Source: Escherichia phage dhabil
Length of the DNA: 64,000 bases
Strand: one strand, 5' to 3'
Sequence record: MN850621.1
Shown: positions 31,947-41,413 of the stretch, one piece after another
Numbering within the stretch: position 1 is the stretch's first letter
Layout: each line of letters begins with the position of its first letter
The notes under the pieces: generated by a model
Database searches by the model: none
Seen by the model: only the letters and a program-made list of their open reading frames with translations
Told to the model about the DNA's origin: nothing
Made by a program: the position numbers and the translations under genes

Positions 31947-33929
31947 ATGGCTTTATTATCACCGGGCATTGAGCTCAAAGAAACGTCCGTACAGAGTACT
32001 GTCGTTCGTAACGCAACGGGTCGTGCAGCGCTGGTAGGTAAATTCCAGTGGGGCCCTGCTTTCCAGGTAACTCAGATTACTAATGAAGTTGAACTGGTTG
32101 ATTTATTTGGAGGTCCTAATAACGAAGTAGCAGATTACTTTATGTCTGGTATGAACTTCCTCCAGTATGGTAATGACCTTCGCACAGTTCGTGTTGTTAG
32201 TCGCGAATTTGCTAAAAACGCATCTCCTATCGCTGGTAACATTGAGACCACTATTACTACGGCCGGTTCCAACTATGCAGTAGGCGATAAAATCAATATT
32301 AAATATAACCAAACTGTAGTCGAATCTGAAGGTCGTGTGACTTCTGTAGATACAGACGGTAAAATTCTTTCCGTGTTTATTCCGTCAGCAAAAATTATTG
32401 CTTATGCACGTTCTTTAAACCAGTATCCTACCCTTGGCCCAGCTTGGACCGCTGAAGTTACTTCTGCATCTTCCGGTGTTTCTGGTACTATTACCGTAGG
32501 TAAAATTGTTACGGATTCCGGTATTCTTTTGACTGAAGCAGAGAATAGTGAAGAAGCTATTACTTCTCTTGAATTCCAAGCTTCTCTTAAGAAATTTGCT
32601 ATGCCAGGCGTAGTGGCTCTTTATCCTGGTGAAATTGGTTCTACTCTGGAAGTAGAAATCGTTTCCAAAGCCGCTTATGATGCTGGTTCTTCTAAAATGC
32701 TGGATATTTATCCTGGCGGCGGTACCCGTGCTTCTATTGCCAAGGCAGTATTTAATTACGGACCACAAACAGATGACCAATACGCAATTATTGTTCGTCG
32801 CGATGGCGCTATCGTAGAATCTGTCGTACTTTCTACCAAAGAAGGTGAAAAAGACGTTTACGGTAATAACATTTATCTTGACGACTATTTCGCTAAAGGT
32901 ACTTCCAACTATATTTTTGCTACCTCTTTGAACTGGCCTAAAGGCTTCAGCGGTATCATTAATCTGATGGGCGGTGTTTCTGCTAACGATAAAGTTACTG
33001 CAGGCGATTTGATGCAAGGTTGGGATTTGTTTGCCGATCGTGAAGCACTCCATATTAACCTGCTTATTGCCGGTGCTGTTGCTGGTGAAGGCGACGAAGT
33101 GGCTTCTACTGTTCAGAAACACGTTGTGAGTATTGCTGATGAACGTCAGGATTGCTTAGCATTTATTTCTCCTCCTAAAGGACTGTTGGTTAACGTTCCA
33201 CTGACTCGTGCAGTAGATAACCTTATTGACTGGCGTACCGGTGCTGGTAATTTCGATGCCAACAACATGAACATCAGTACCACTTATGCTGCTATTGATG
33301 GTAACTATAAATATCAGTATGACAAATATAATGACGTAAACCGTTGGGTACCACTGGCTGCTGATATGGCTGGTTTGTGTGCACGTACTGATGATGTGTC
33401 TCAGCCTTGGATGTCTCCTGCTGGTTATAACCGTGGTCAGATTCTTAACGTTCTGAAATTGGCAATTGAACCACGCCAAGCACAACGCGACCGCATGTAC
33501 CAGGAAGCTATTAACCCAGTTGTTGGTTTTGCTGGTGGTGATGGTTTCGTATTGTTTGGTGATAAGACTGCAACTAAAGTTCCATCTCCGATGGACCACA
33601 TTAACGTTCGCCGTCTGTTCAACATGCTTAAGAAAAATATCGGTGATGCCTCTAAATATAAACTGTTTGAATTGAACGATAACTTCACTCGTTCAAGCTT
33701 CCGTATGGAAGTTTCTCAGTACTTAGATGGTATTAAGGCACTTGGTGGGATTTATGAAGGACGTGTGGTTTGTGATACTACAGTGAACACCCCTGCGGTT
33801 ATCGACCGTAACGAGTTTATTGCTAATATATACGTAAAACCTTCTCGTTCTATTAACTACATCACGTTGAACTTCGTTGCAACGAGCACTGGTGCTGATT
33901 TTGATGAATTGATTGGACCTTTAGTATAA
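31947..33929 (+). CDS. 18: tail sheath protein
   Basis: N-terminus MALLSPGIELKETSVQSTVV...GKFQWGPAFQ matches recalled T4 gp18; 660 aa. Confidence 0.95.
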   Translation: MALLSPGIELKETSVQSTVVRNATGRAALVGKFQWGPAFQVTQITNEVELVDLFGGPNNEVADYFMSGMNFLQYGNDLRTVRVVSREFAKNASPIAGNIETTITTAGSNYAVGDKINIKYNQTVVESEGRVTSVDTDGKILSVFIPSAKIIAYARSLNQYPTLGPAWTAEVTSASSGVSGTITVGKIVTDSGILLTEAENSEEAITSLEFQASLKKFAMPGVVALYPGEIGSTLEVEIVSKAAYDAGSSKMLDIYPGGGTRASIAKAVFNYGPQTDDQYAIIVRRDGAIVESVVLSTKEGEKDVYGNNIYLDDYFAKGTSNYIFATSLNWPKGFSGIINLMGGVSANDKVTAGDLMQGWDLFADREALHINLLIAGAVAGEGDEVASTVQKHVVSIADERQDCLAFISPPKGLLVNVPLTRAVDNLIDWRTGAGNFDANNMNISTTYAAIDGNYKYQYDKYNDVNRWVPLAADMAGLCARTDDVSQPWMSPAGYNRGQILNVLKLAIEPRQAQRDRMYQEAINPVVGFAGGDGFVLFGDKTATKVPSPMDHINVRRLFNMLKKNIGDASKYKLFELNDNFTRSSFRMEVSQYLDGIKALGGIYEGRVVCDTTVNTPAVIDRNEFIANIYVKPSRSINYITLNFVATSTGADFDELIGPLV

Positions 33930-34054
33930 TCTATTATCCCAGGCTGTAATATAAAGAACCTAAAACCATTATACCATGGGTTTGGTTACAGCGTACATCA
34001 CGTAGAATTGCGCCTGGGATTGATTAACTATCAGGAATATGATTTATCAACTGT

Positions 34055-34062
34055 TATAAATA
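34055..34062 (+). promoter_or_regulatory. T4-type late promoter TATAAATA
   Basis: Exact TATAAATA 41 nt upstream of gene 19. Confidence 0.6.
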
Positions 34063-34102
34063 AATTAATCAGAACGTTCCTGGTGTGGCCAGGAACTGAC
34101 TT

Positions 34103-34606
34103 ATGAGGCATCCCATGGAGTTGACAGATATCACTCGTGCGTTTGAGTCAGGTGACTTTGCACGCCCTAACCTTTTCGAAGTGGAAATTCCATTTCTTGG
34201 TAAAAACTTTAGCTTTAAATGTAAAGCAGCACCTATGCCGGCAGGCATTGTAGAAAAAGTACCGGTTGGCTACATGAACCGTAAAATTAACGTAGCTGGC
34301 GACCGTACGTTTGATGATTGGACTATTACCATTTATAACGATGATGCCCATGACACCCGTCAGGCAATTGTCGATTGGCAAAACCTCTGCCACGGTATGA
34401 CCAATGAAATTACCGGTGCTGCACCTGCAGAATATAAGAAACAAGCAATTGTTCGACAGTTCCACCGTGATGGTAAGACTGTGACTAAAGAAGTTACAAT
34501 TTATGGCTTATGGCCTACTAACGTTGGTGAAGTCCAGATGGATTGGGATTCAAACAACGAGGTAGAAACTTTCGAATCTACGTTCGCTATCGATTGGTGG
34601 GAATGA
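34103..34606 (+). CDS. 19: tail tube protein
   Basis: TRAFESGDFARPNLF...IVEK.PVG.MNRKINVAGDRTFDDWT matches recalled T4 gp19; 167 aa. Confidence 0.95.
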   Translation: MRHPMELTDITRAFESGDFARPNLFEVEIPFLGKNFSFKCKAAPMPAGIVEKVPVGYMNRKINVAGDRTFDDWTITIYNDDAHDTRQAIVDWQNLCHGMTNEITGAAPAEYKKQAIVRQFHRDGKTVTKEVTIYGLWPTNVGEVQMDWDSNNEVETFESTFAIDWWE

Positions 34607-34607
34607 G

Positions 34608-34615
34608 TATAAATA
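34608..34615 (+). promoter_or_regulatory. T4-type late promoter TATAAATA
   Basis: Exact TATAAATA 49 nt upstream of gene 20. Confidence 0.6.
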
Positions 34616-34623
34616 GAATTATA

Positions 34624-34645
34624 AAGGAGCTTCGGCTCCTTATCC
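34624..34645 (+). terminator. hairpin GGAGC-TTCG-GCTCC + TT after gene 19
   Basis: AAAGGAGCTTCGGCTCCTTATCC; lies between late promoter and gene 20 start, likely a partial terminator or RNA structure. Confidence 0.35.
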
Positions 34646-34663
34646 CATTCATCGGAGACTCTA

Positions 34664-36238
34664 ATGGCAAACTTTAATACAATATTAAGTTTTCTTAAGC
34701 CATGGGCTAATGAAGACGAAAAAGAATATAAACAACAATTAAATAACAATTTAGAGTCTGTCACTGCACCTAAGCTTGATGATGGCGCTCGCGAAATTGA
34801 AACCCAAGAGCAAAATATTCCTTATAATGCTCTTATGCAACAAATGTTTGGTAGTAATGAGCCTGAAGTTAAAAACACCAGGGAACTCATTGATACCTAC
34901 CGTAATTTGATGAACAACTATGAAGTCGACAATGCCGTTCAAGAAATTGTGTCTGACGCTATTGTCTACGAGGATGATAAAGAAGTAGTTGCATTGAATT
35001 TAGACGGCACGGAATTTAGTCAATCAATTAAAGATAAAATTTTGGCTGAATTTAGTGAAGTTTTAAACCTTTTAAATTTCCAACGTAAAGGCACTGACCA
35101 TTTCCAACGTTGGTATGTAGACTCGAGAATATTCTTTCATAAAATTATAAACCCTAAAAAAATGAAAGATGGCGTACAAGAGCTTCGACGCTTAGACCCG
35201 CGCCAAGTCCAATATATTCGTGAAATCGTTACACGTATGGAAGACGGCGTTAAAATTGTAGACGGGTATCGCGAGTTTTTCGTTTACGACACAGGCCATG
35301 AAAGTTATTGCGCTGATGGACGCATTTATTCAGCCGGGACTAAAGTTAAAATTCCTCGTGCTGCCGTAGTTTATGCACATTCCGGATTATTAGATTGTTG
35401 CGGTAAAAACATCATTGGCTATTTGCAACGTGCTATTAAGCCTGCAAACCAGCTTAAATTGATGGAAGACGCAATGGTCATCTACCGTATTACACGTGCT
35501 CCTGACCGTCGTGTGTTTTATATCGATACAGGTAATATGCCTTCACGTAAGGCTGCAGCACAAATGCAACATATCATGAACACGATGAAAAACCGTGTGG
35601 TGTATGATGCTTCGACAGGTAAAATTAAAAACCAACAACATAATATGTCTATGACTGAAGACTATTGGTTGCAACGTCGTGACGGTAAAGCGGTAACAGA
35701 AGTTGATACAATGCCAGGTGCTACTGGTATGAGTGATATGGATGATGTTCTTTATTTCCGCACAGCACTTTATCGTGCACTGCGTATTCCAGAGTCACGT
35801 ATCCCTAGTGAATCTAATTCAGGCGTTATGTTTGATGCCGGTACAGCAATCACTCGTGATGAGTTGAAATTTGCTAAATGGATTCGCCAGCTACAAAACA
35901 AATTTGAAGAAATTTTCCTAGACCCGTTAAAAACAAACCTCATTCTTAAAAAGATTATTACAGAAGATGAGTGGGAAAAGGAAATAAATAATATTAAAGT
36001 TACGTTCAATCGTGATAGCTATTTCAGTGAAATGAAAGATGCGGAAATCATGGAACGCAGAATCAATATGCTAACGATGGCTGAACCATTTATTGGTAAG
36101 TATATTTCACATCAAACGGCTATGAAAGATTTCCTTCAGATGACTGACGAAGAAATTAATCAAGAAGCTAAGCAAATTGAAGAAGAGTCTAAAGAGGCTC
36201 GTTTCCAAAACCCAGATGAAGAAGAAGAGGATTTCTAA
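34664..36238 (+). CDS. 20: portal vertex protein
   Basis: 524 aa, same length as T4 gp20; position between 19 and 67. Confidence 0.9.
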   Translation: MANFNTILSFLKPWANEDEKEYKQQLNNNLESVTAPKLDDGAREIETQEQNIPYNALMQQMFGSNEPEVKNTRELIDTYRNLMNNYEVDNAVQEIVSDAIVYEDDKEVVALNLDGTEFSQSIKDKILAEFSEVLNLLNFQRKGTDHFQRWYVDSRIFFHKIINPKKMKDGVQELRRLDPRQVQYIREIVTRMEDGVKIVDGYREFFVYDTGHESYCADGRIYSAGTKVKIPRAAVVYAHSGLLDCCGKNIIGYLQRAIKPANQLKLMEDAMVIYRITRAPDRRVFYIDTGNMPSRKAAAQMQHIMNTMKNRVVYDASTGKIKNQQHNMSMTEDYWLQRRDGKAVTEVDTMPGATGMSDMDDVLYFRTALYRALRIPESRIPSESNSGVMFDAGTAITRDELKFAKWIRQLQNKFEEIFLDPLKTNLILKKIITEDEWEKEINNIKVTFNRDSYFSEMKDAEIMERRINMLTMAEPFIGKYISHQTAMKDFLQMTDEEINQEAKQIEEESKEARFQNPDEEEEDF

Positions 36239-36516
36239 TGGAAGATTTAATCGAAGCTATTAAATCAAACGACCTCGTAGCAGTTCGTAAAGCAGCAGCC
36301 CCGCTTATCGAATCTCGAGTAGCCGCTTTGATTGAAGCCCGTAAAGCAGAAATTGCTCGCTCCGTTATGATTGAAGGCGAAGAAGCCGACGAAGATGACG
36401 AAGACGAAGATAAAGACGAAAAATCCGATAAAGCAGATAAGAAAGACAAAAAAGAATCTGACGATGCGGATGAAGGTGATGACGGCGATGATGATGAAGA
36501 CGAGGACGACGAATAA
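36238..36516 (+). CDS. 67: prohead core protein with poly-acidic C-terminus
   Basis: 92 aa ending in a long D/E run; position as T4 gp67. Confidence 0.8.
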   Translation: MEDLIEAIKSNDLVAVRKAAAPLIESRVAALIEARKAEIARSVMIEGEEADEDDEDEDKDEKSDKADKKDKKESDDADEGDDGDDDEDEDDE

Positions 36517-36944
36517 TGTTCCTTATCCCTGATGATTACGAATTAACTCTAGAAAGCGTAGAGGCCAAAATTCCAGAAGCACAGGGACGTTTTGCTACTC
36601 TTTCTGAAGCCCTCGAGAAAAGCGATATAAATAATCTTGTAGAGAACATGATTGCTGATGGTGATATCGATACAGCTATCGCCATTGCCTCTTTGAATGA
36701 AAATATGGCTCTTAACGAATTTATCGTTAAGCACGTCTCTTCTAAAGGTGAGCTTACTCGTACTAAAGATATTAAAACCCGTCAACGCAACGCTTATCAA
36801 ACGACTGGGTTGTCTAAAGCAAAACGCCGTCAGATTGCTCGCAAAGCGTCTAAAACCAAACGTGCTAACCCGTCTACTCAAGTACGTGCTGAACGTAAGC
36901 GTAAGAAAGCTCGTTCTAAACGTAAAGCCTTTGGACTTAACTAA
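36516..36944 (+). CDS. 68: prohead core protein
   Basis: 142 aa with basic C-terminus; position as T4 gp68. Confidence 0.8.
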   Translation: MFLIPDDYELTLESVEAKIPEAQGRFATLSEALEKSDINNLVENMIADGDIDTAIAIASLNENMALNEFIVKHVSSKGELTRTKDIKTRQRNAYQTTGLSKAKRRQIARKASKTKRANPSTQVRAERKRKKARSKRKAFGLN

Positions 36945-37579
36945 TGAAACCTGAATTGCTCATCGAACATTGGGGACAACCAGGTGAAATTATCGATGGG
37001 GTTCCGATGTTGGAATCTCATGATGGAAAAGATTCTGGACTTGCCCCGGGCCTTTATATAGAAGGCATATTCATGCAAGCCGAAGTGGTTAACCGTAATA
37101 AACGCCTTTATCCAAAACCTATTTTGGAAAAAGCTGTTGCTGATTATATGGCAGAACAGGTTGCTACTAAACAAGCTTTAGGAGAATTAAATCATCCGCC
37201 TCGTGCTAACGTCGACCCTATGCAAGCCGCTATTATTATTGAAGATATGTGGTGGAAAGGTAATGACGTTTATGGACGTGCTCGTATTATTGAAGGCGAC
37301 CATGGTCCTGGTGATAAACTAGCTGCTAATATTAGAGCCGGTTGGGTGCCTGGTGTTAGTTCTCGTGGTCTAGGTTCTTTAACTGAAACCAATAAAGGAT
37401 ATAAGCGTGTAAACGAAGGTTATAAATTAACCGTCGGTGTTGATGCAGTATGGGGTCCATCTGCTCCTGATGCTTATGTAACTCCTAAACAAATTACAGA
37501 ATCACAAACGGTAGATACCGATACCAGTGCCGATGACGCCTTTATGGCTCTCGCAGAGGCCATGAAAAAAGCGTTATAA
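36944..37579 (+). CDS. 21: prohead core protease
   Basis: LIE.WGQPGEIIDGVPMLESHDGKD...GLYIEGIFMQAEVVNRNKRLYP matches recalled T4 gp21; 211 aa. Confidence 0.95.
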   Translation: MKPELLIEHWGQPGEIIDGVPMLESHDGKDSGLAPGLYIEGIFMQAEVVNRNKRLYPKPILEKAVADYMAEQVATKQALGELNHPPRANVDPMQAAIIIEDMWWKGNDVYGRARIIEGDHGPGDKLAANIRAGWVPGVSSRGLGSLTETNKGYKRVNEGYKLTVGVDAVWGPSAPDAYVTPKQITESQTVDTDTSADDAFMALAEAMKKAL

Positions 37580-37582
37580 ATA
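37575..37582 (+). promoter_or_regulatory. T4-type late promoter TATAAATA
   Basis: Exact TATAAATA overlapping the gene 21 stop, 28 nt upstream of gene 22. Confidence 0.6.
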
Positions 37583-37609
37583 TTATTATCTAAACAACAG
37601 GACTACAAA

Positions 37610-38425
37610 ATGCTTAAAGAACAACTGATCGCCGAAGCACAGAATATTGATGCTTCCGTTGCTCTTGACAGTATTTTCGAATCAGTTAATATTTCTCCGG
37701 AAGCAAAAGAAACTTTCGGCACTGTATTCGAAGCTACCGTCAAGCAACACGCCGTTAAACTGGCTGAATCTCATATCGCTAAAATCGCTGAAAAAGCGGA
37801 AGAAGAAGTTGAGAAAAATAAAGAAGAAGCTGAAGAAAAAGCTGATAAGAAAATCCAAGAAGCTGCCGGTCGTTTCCTTGACCACGTCGCTAAAGAATGG
37901 ATGGCTGAAAACCAGCTGGCTGTTGATAAAGGTATTAAAGCCGAACTGTTCGAATCCATGTTGATGGGTATGAAAGAACTGTTTGTTGAACATAACGTGG
38001 TTGTTCCAGAAGAAGCAGTAGACGTTGTCGCTGAAATGGAAGAAGAATTGGCTGAACAGAAAGCTGAAACCGCTCGTTTGTTCGAAGAAGTTGGCAAGCG
38101 TGACGCATATATTAATTACGTACAGCGTGAACAAGCTGTTATGGAAGCAACCAAAGACCTGACTGAATCTCAGAAAGAAAAAGTTAGTTCTCTGGTAGAA
38201 GGCATGGATTATTCCGATGCATTTGGTAAAAAAATTGGCGCTATCGTTGAAATGGTTAAGGGTCAGACCGACGTTGAAAAACCAATCACTGAAGCCGCTA
38301 TAAATAAAACTGAAGACGATGCTGCAGCACTGAATTATATTTCGGAAGCAGTTGAAGAAAAAGGCGCTAAGCCTACCCTGTCCTTCGCGGACCTGTCTGC
38401 AATCGCAGCATCTCGAATTTCTTAA
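37610..38425 (+). CDS. 22: prohead core scaffold protein
   Basis: 271-aa E/K/A-rich helical protein between 21 and 23. Confidence 0.9.
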   Translation: MLKEQLIAEAQNIDASVALDSIFESVNISPEAKETFGTVFEATVKQHAVKLAESHIAKIAEKAEEEVEKNKEEAEEKADKKIQEAAGRFLDHVAKEWMAENQLAVDKGIKAELFESMLMGMKELFVEHNVVVPEEAVDVVAEMEEELAEQKAETARLFEEVGKRDAYINYVQREQAVMEATKDLTESQKEKVSSLVEGMDYSDAFGKKIGAIVEMVKGQTDVEKPITEAAINKTEDDAAALNYISEAVEEKGAKPTLSFADLSAIAASRIS

Positions 38426-38446
38426 TTTAATAAGGTTATACAACAC

Positions 38447-40006
38447 ATGAAAAAGAATGCATTAGTACAAAAATGGTCCGCTCTGCTGGAAAACGAAGCT
38501 CTTCCTGAAATCGTTGGTGCTTCTAAACAAGCTATCATCGCTAAAATCTTTGAAAACCAGGAACAAGATATTCTGACCGCTCCTGAATATCGTGACGAAA
38601 AAATCTCCGAAGCATTTGGTTCTTTCCTGACTGAAGCTGAAATCGGTGGTGACCACGGTTATGATGCTACCAATATCGCAGCTGGCCAGACCTCTGGTGC
38701 TGTAACTCAGATTGGGCCGGCAGTAATGGGTATGGTTCGTCGTGCTATTCCTCATCTGATTGCTTTTGATATTTGTGGTGTTCAGCCTCTGAATAACCCT
38801 ACCGGCCAGGTATTTGCACTGCGCGCAGTATACGGTAAAGACCCTATCGCTGCTGGCGCTAAAGAAGCTTTCCACCCGATGTATGCTCCGAATGCTATGT
38901 TCTCTGGTCAGGGTGCTGCTCAGACTTTTGAAGCACTGGCTGCAGGTAAAGTTCTGGAAGTTGGTAAAATTTATTCTCACTTCTTCGAAGCTACCGGTTC
39001 TGCACACTTCCAGGCTGTTGAAGCCGTAACCGTTGATGCTGCTGCTACCGATGCTGCTAAACTGGATGTTGCCGTAACCGCTCTGTTGGAAGCTGGTCAG
39101 CTGGCTGAATTGGCTGAAGGTATGGCTACTTCTATCGCTGAACTTCAGGAAGGCTTTAACGGTTCTCAGGACAACCCGTGGAACGAAATGGGCTTCCGTA
39201 TCGATAAACAAGTTATCGAAGCTAAATCCCGTCAGCTGAAAGCAAGTTACTCCATCGAACTGGCACAGGACCTTCGTGCAGTACACGGTATGGATGCAGA
39301 TGCTGAACTGTCCGGTATCCTTGCTACCGAAATTATGCTCGAAATCAACCGTGAAGTTATTGATTGGATTAACTACTCTGCACAGGTTGGTAAATCTGGT
39401 ATGACCAACACCGTTGGCGCTAAAGCTGGTGTGTTTGACTTCCAGGACCCGATCGATATCCGTGGTGCTCGTTGGGCCGGTGAGAGCTTTAAAGCCCTTC
39501 TGTTCCAGATTGATAAAGAAGCAGCCGAAATCGCTCGTCAGACCGGTCGTGGTGCTGGTAACTTCATCATCGCTTCCCGTAACGTAGTTAACGTACTGGC
39601 TGCAGTTGATACTTCTGTAAGTTATGCAGCTCAAGGTCTGGGTCAAGGTTTCAACGTTGACACCACTAAAGCAGTATTTGCCGGTGTTCTTGGTGGTAAA
39701 TATCGCGTTTACATCGACCAGTATGCCCGTGCTGATTACTTCACCATCGGTTATAAAGGTTCCAACGAAATGGACGCAGGTATCTACTACGCCCCTTACG
39801 TTGCACTGACCCCGCTGCGCGGTTCCGATCCGAAGAACTTCCAGCCGGTAATGGGCTTCAAAACTCGTTACGGTATCGGTATTAACCCGTTCGCTGACCC
39901 AGCTGCTCAGGCACCTACCAAACGTATTCAGAATGGTATGCCGGACATCGTTAACAGCCTCGGTCTGAATGGTTACTTCCGTCGCGTTTATGTTAAAGGT
40001 ATCTAA
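38447..40006 (+). CDS. 23: major capsid protein
   Basis: Long blocks (QAIIAKIFENQE, AFGSFLTEAEIGGDHGY, ATNIAAGQTSGAVTQIGPAVMGMVRRAIP, C-terminal FRRVYVKGI) match recalled T4 gp23. Confidence 0.97.
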   Translation: MKKNALVQKWSALLENEALPEIVGASKQAIIAKIFENQEQDILTAPEYRDEKISEAFGSFLTEAEIGGDHGYDATNIAAGQTSGAVTQIGPAVMGMVRRAIPHLIAFDICGVQPLNNPTGQVFALRAVYGKDPIAAGAKEAFHPMYAPNAMFSGQGAAQTFEALAAGKVLEVGKIYSHFFEATGSAHFQAVEAVTVDAAATDAAKLDVAVTALLEAGQLAELAEGMATSIAELQEGFNGSQDNPWNEMGFRIDKQVIEAKSRQLKASYSIELAQDLRAVHGMDADAELSGILATEIMLEINREVIDWINYSAQVGKSGMTNTVGAKAGVFDFQDPIDIRGARWAGESFKALLFQIDKEAAEIARQTGRGAGNFIIASRNVVNVLAAVDTSVSYAAQGLGQGFNVDTTKAVFAGVLGGKYRVYIDQYARADYFTIGYKGSNEMDAGIYYAPYVALTPLRGSDPKNFQPVMGFKTRYGIGINPFADPAAQAPTKRIQNGMPDIVNSLGLNGYFRRVYVKGI

Positions 40007-40021
40007 GACCTAACCTTATTA

Positions 40022-40044
40022 TGGGAGACTTCGGTCTCCCATTC
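40022..40044 (+). terminator. intrinsic terminator GGGAGAC-TTCG-GTCTCCC + CATTCTTGTTTCT after gene 23
   Basis: Perfect 7-bp stem with UUCG loop followed by a T-rich tract. Confidence 0.6.
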
Positions 40045-40093
40045 TTGTTTCTGTACTATAGTAACACGTGGGAACCTTGCTGTAAACAACTTT

Positions 40094-40101
40094 TATAAAT
40101 A
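40094..40101 (+). promoter_or_regulatory. T4-type late promoter TATAAATA
   Basis: Exact TATAAATA 28 nt upstream of the first gene 24 copy. Confidence 0.6.
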
Positions 40102-40129
40102 AACATATACCCTCAATAAGGAAAGCGCA

Positions 40130-41413
40130 ATGGCAAAGATTAACGAATTACTGCGCGAGTCAACAACTACTACCAGCAACTCATTGGGTCGCCCTAATCT
40201 TGTTGCTTTGACCCGTGCTACCACTAAACTAATTTATCGCGATATCATCGCTGAACAACGTACAAACCAACCTATCGCTGCGTTGTATGGTGTCAAATAT
40301 CTTACCCCTGATAATGAATTCAGTTTCCAAACCGGTGCAGTTTATGGTGGTGAAGTTGGTTCTAAAGACCGTGAAACTATCCCGGAACTCACAGATAAAG
40401 CCCAGGCGATTGCCAAGGGTGACTACTTTAAGTATCAGAATGTGGTTTATAAGGCTCTTCAAGCAAGCCCACTCGCATCCACTAGCGCTACAGAATTGGC
40501 CGATGCTCTTCAAGAAGGTTTGGTGTCATTAACGTGTCGTTTGGTTCCTGATGCAGCCCATACCACTAAATTTGAAGAGAGTGATGTAGAAATCTCTGAT
40601 GCTGTATTCCAGGTTAATAAATGGAATGCCCCTGTTAAGACCCGTAAATTGAAGACTGCTTTGACCGTAGAATTAGCACAGGATATGGAATCAAATGGCT
40701 TCGACGCCCCTGCATTCTTAGAAGACCTCCTGGCTACAGTAATGGCAGATGAAATTAATAAAGATGTTCTGCAATCCCTAATAACCGTATCCAAACGCTA
40801 TAAAGTTACGGGTGTATCTGATAATGGCATCATCGATTTGACTTATGATAGTGCTCCAGAATCTGCACGTAAACTTTATGAAATTGTTTGTGAGATGAAT
40901 TCTGAAATCCAGAAAACTACTTCTTATTCGGGTACGTTTGTTGTGGCTTCAAGTCGTGTGGCTGCAATGCTTGCAGGTTCTGGCTGGTTAAAACATAGAC
41001 CTGAAGATAATAATTGGCTCCCAGAAACGGCCTATGGTTATTTGTTGAATGGATTACCTCTGTTCTGTGACGTTAACAGCCCATTGGATTATGTTATCGT
41101 AGGTGTTAAAGAGAACTATGGTGGTAATGAAGTTGTCGGTTCTATTTTCTATGCCCCATATACAGAAGGCCTGGATTTAGACGACCAAGAACACGTTGGT
41201 GCTTATAAGGTTATTGTCGACCCGGATTCATTACAGCCTTCTATTTCTCTGATGGTTCGTTATGCACTGTCCGCTAACCCGTACACCGTAGCTAAAGACG
41301 ATAAAGAAGCTCGTGTTATCGATGCAACCAATATGGATTTAATGGCTGGTCAGAGTAATATGTCTTATCTGCTTGGTGTTAAACTTCCAGCAATTATTTA
41401 CGAGGCTGATTAA
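40130..41413 (+). CDS. 24: capsid vertex protein gp24, copy 1
   Basis: 427 aa (T4 gp24 length); gp23-like blocks (FRIDKW..EVK.RKLKT.LTVELAQD, YAPYTEGLD, LSANPYTVAKDDKEARVID). Confidence 0.85.
   Translation: MAKINELLRESTTTTSNSLGRPNLVALTRATTKLIYRDIIAEQRTNQPIAALYGVKYLTPDNEFSFQTGAVYGGEVGSKDRETIPELTDKAQAIAKGDYFKYQNVVYKALQASPLASTSATELADALQEGLVSLTCRLVPDAAHTTKFEESDVEISDAVFQVNKWNAPVKTRKLKTALTVELAQDMESNGFDAPAFLEDLLATVMADEINKDVLQSLITVSKRYKVTGVSDNGIIDLTYDSAPESARKLYEIVCEMNSEIQKTTSYSGTFVVASSRVAAMLAGSGWLKHRPEDNNWLPETAYGYLLNGLPLFCDVNSPLDYVIVGVKENYGGNEVVGSIFYAPYTEGLDLDDQEHVGAYKVIVDPDSLQPSISLMVRYALSANPYTVAKDDKEARVIDATNMDLMAGQSNMSYLLGVKLPAIIYEAD

Noticed and set aside
32415-33122. 235-aa minus-strand ORF antisense to tail sheath gene 18
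   Set aside because: Antisense to a strongly supported gene; no start signals.
37682-38446. 254-aa minus-strand ORF (and the overlapping 108-aa one at 37771-38097) antisense to scaffold gene 22
   Set aside because: Antisense to the E/K/A-rich gp22 coding sequence; the products are low-complexity F/S-rich strings.
38462-39646. 394-aa minus-strand ORF antisense to the major capsid gene 23
   Set aside because: Fully contained antisense to a confidently identified gene; low-complexity product with no RBS-linked start. Long antisense frames are expected opposite codon-biased, highly expressed genes.
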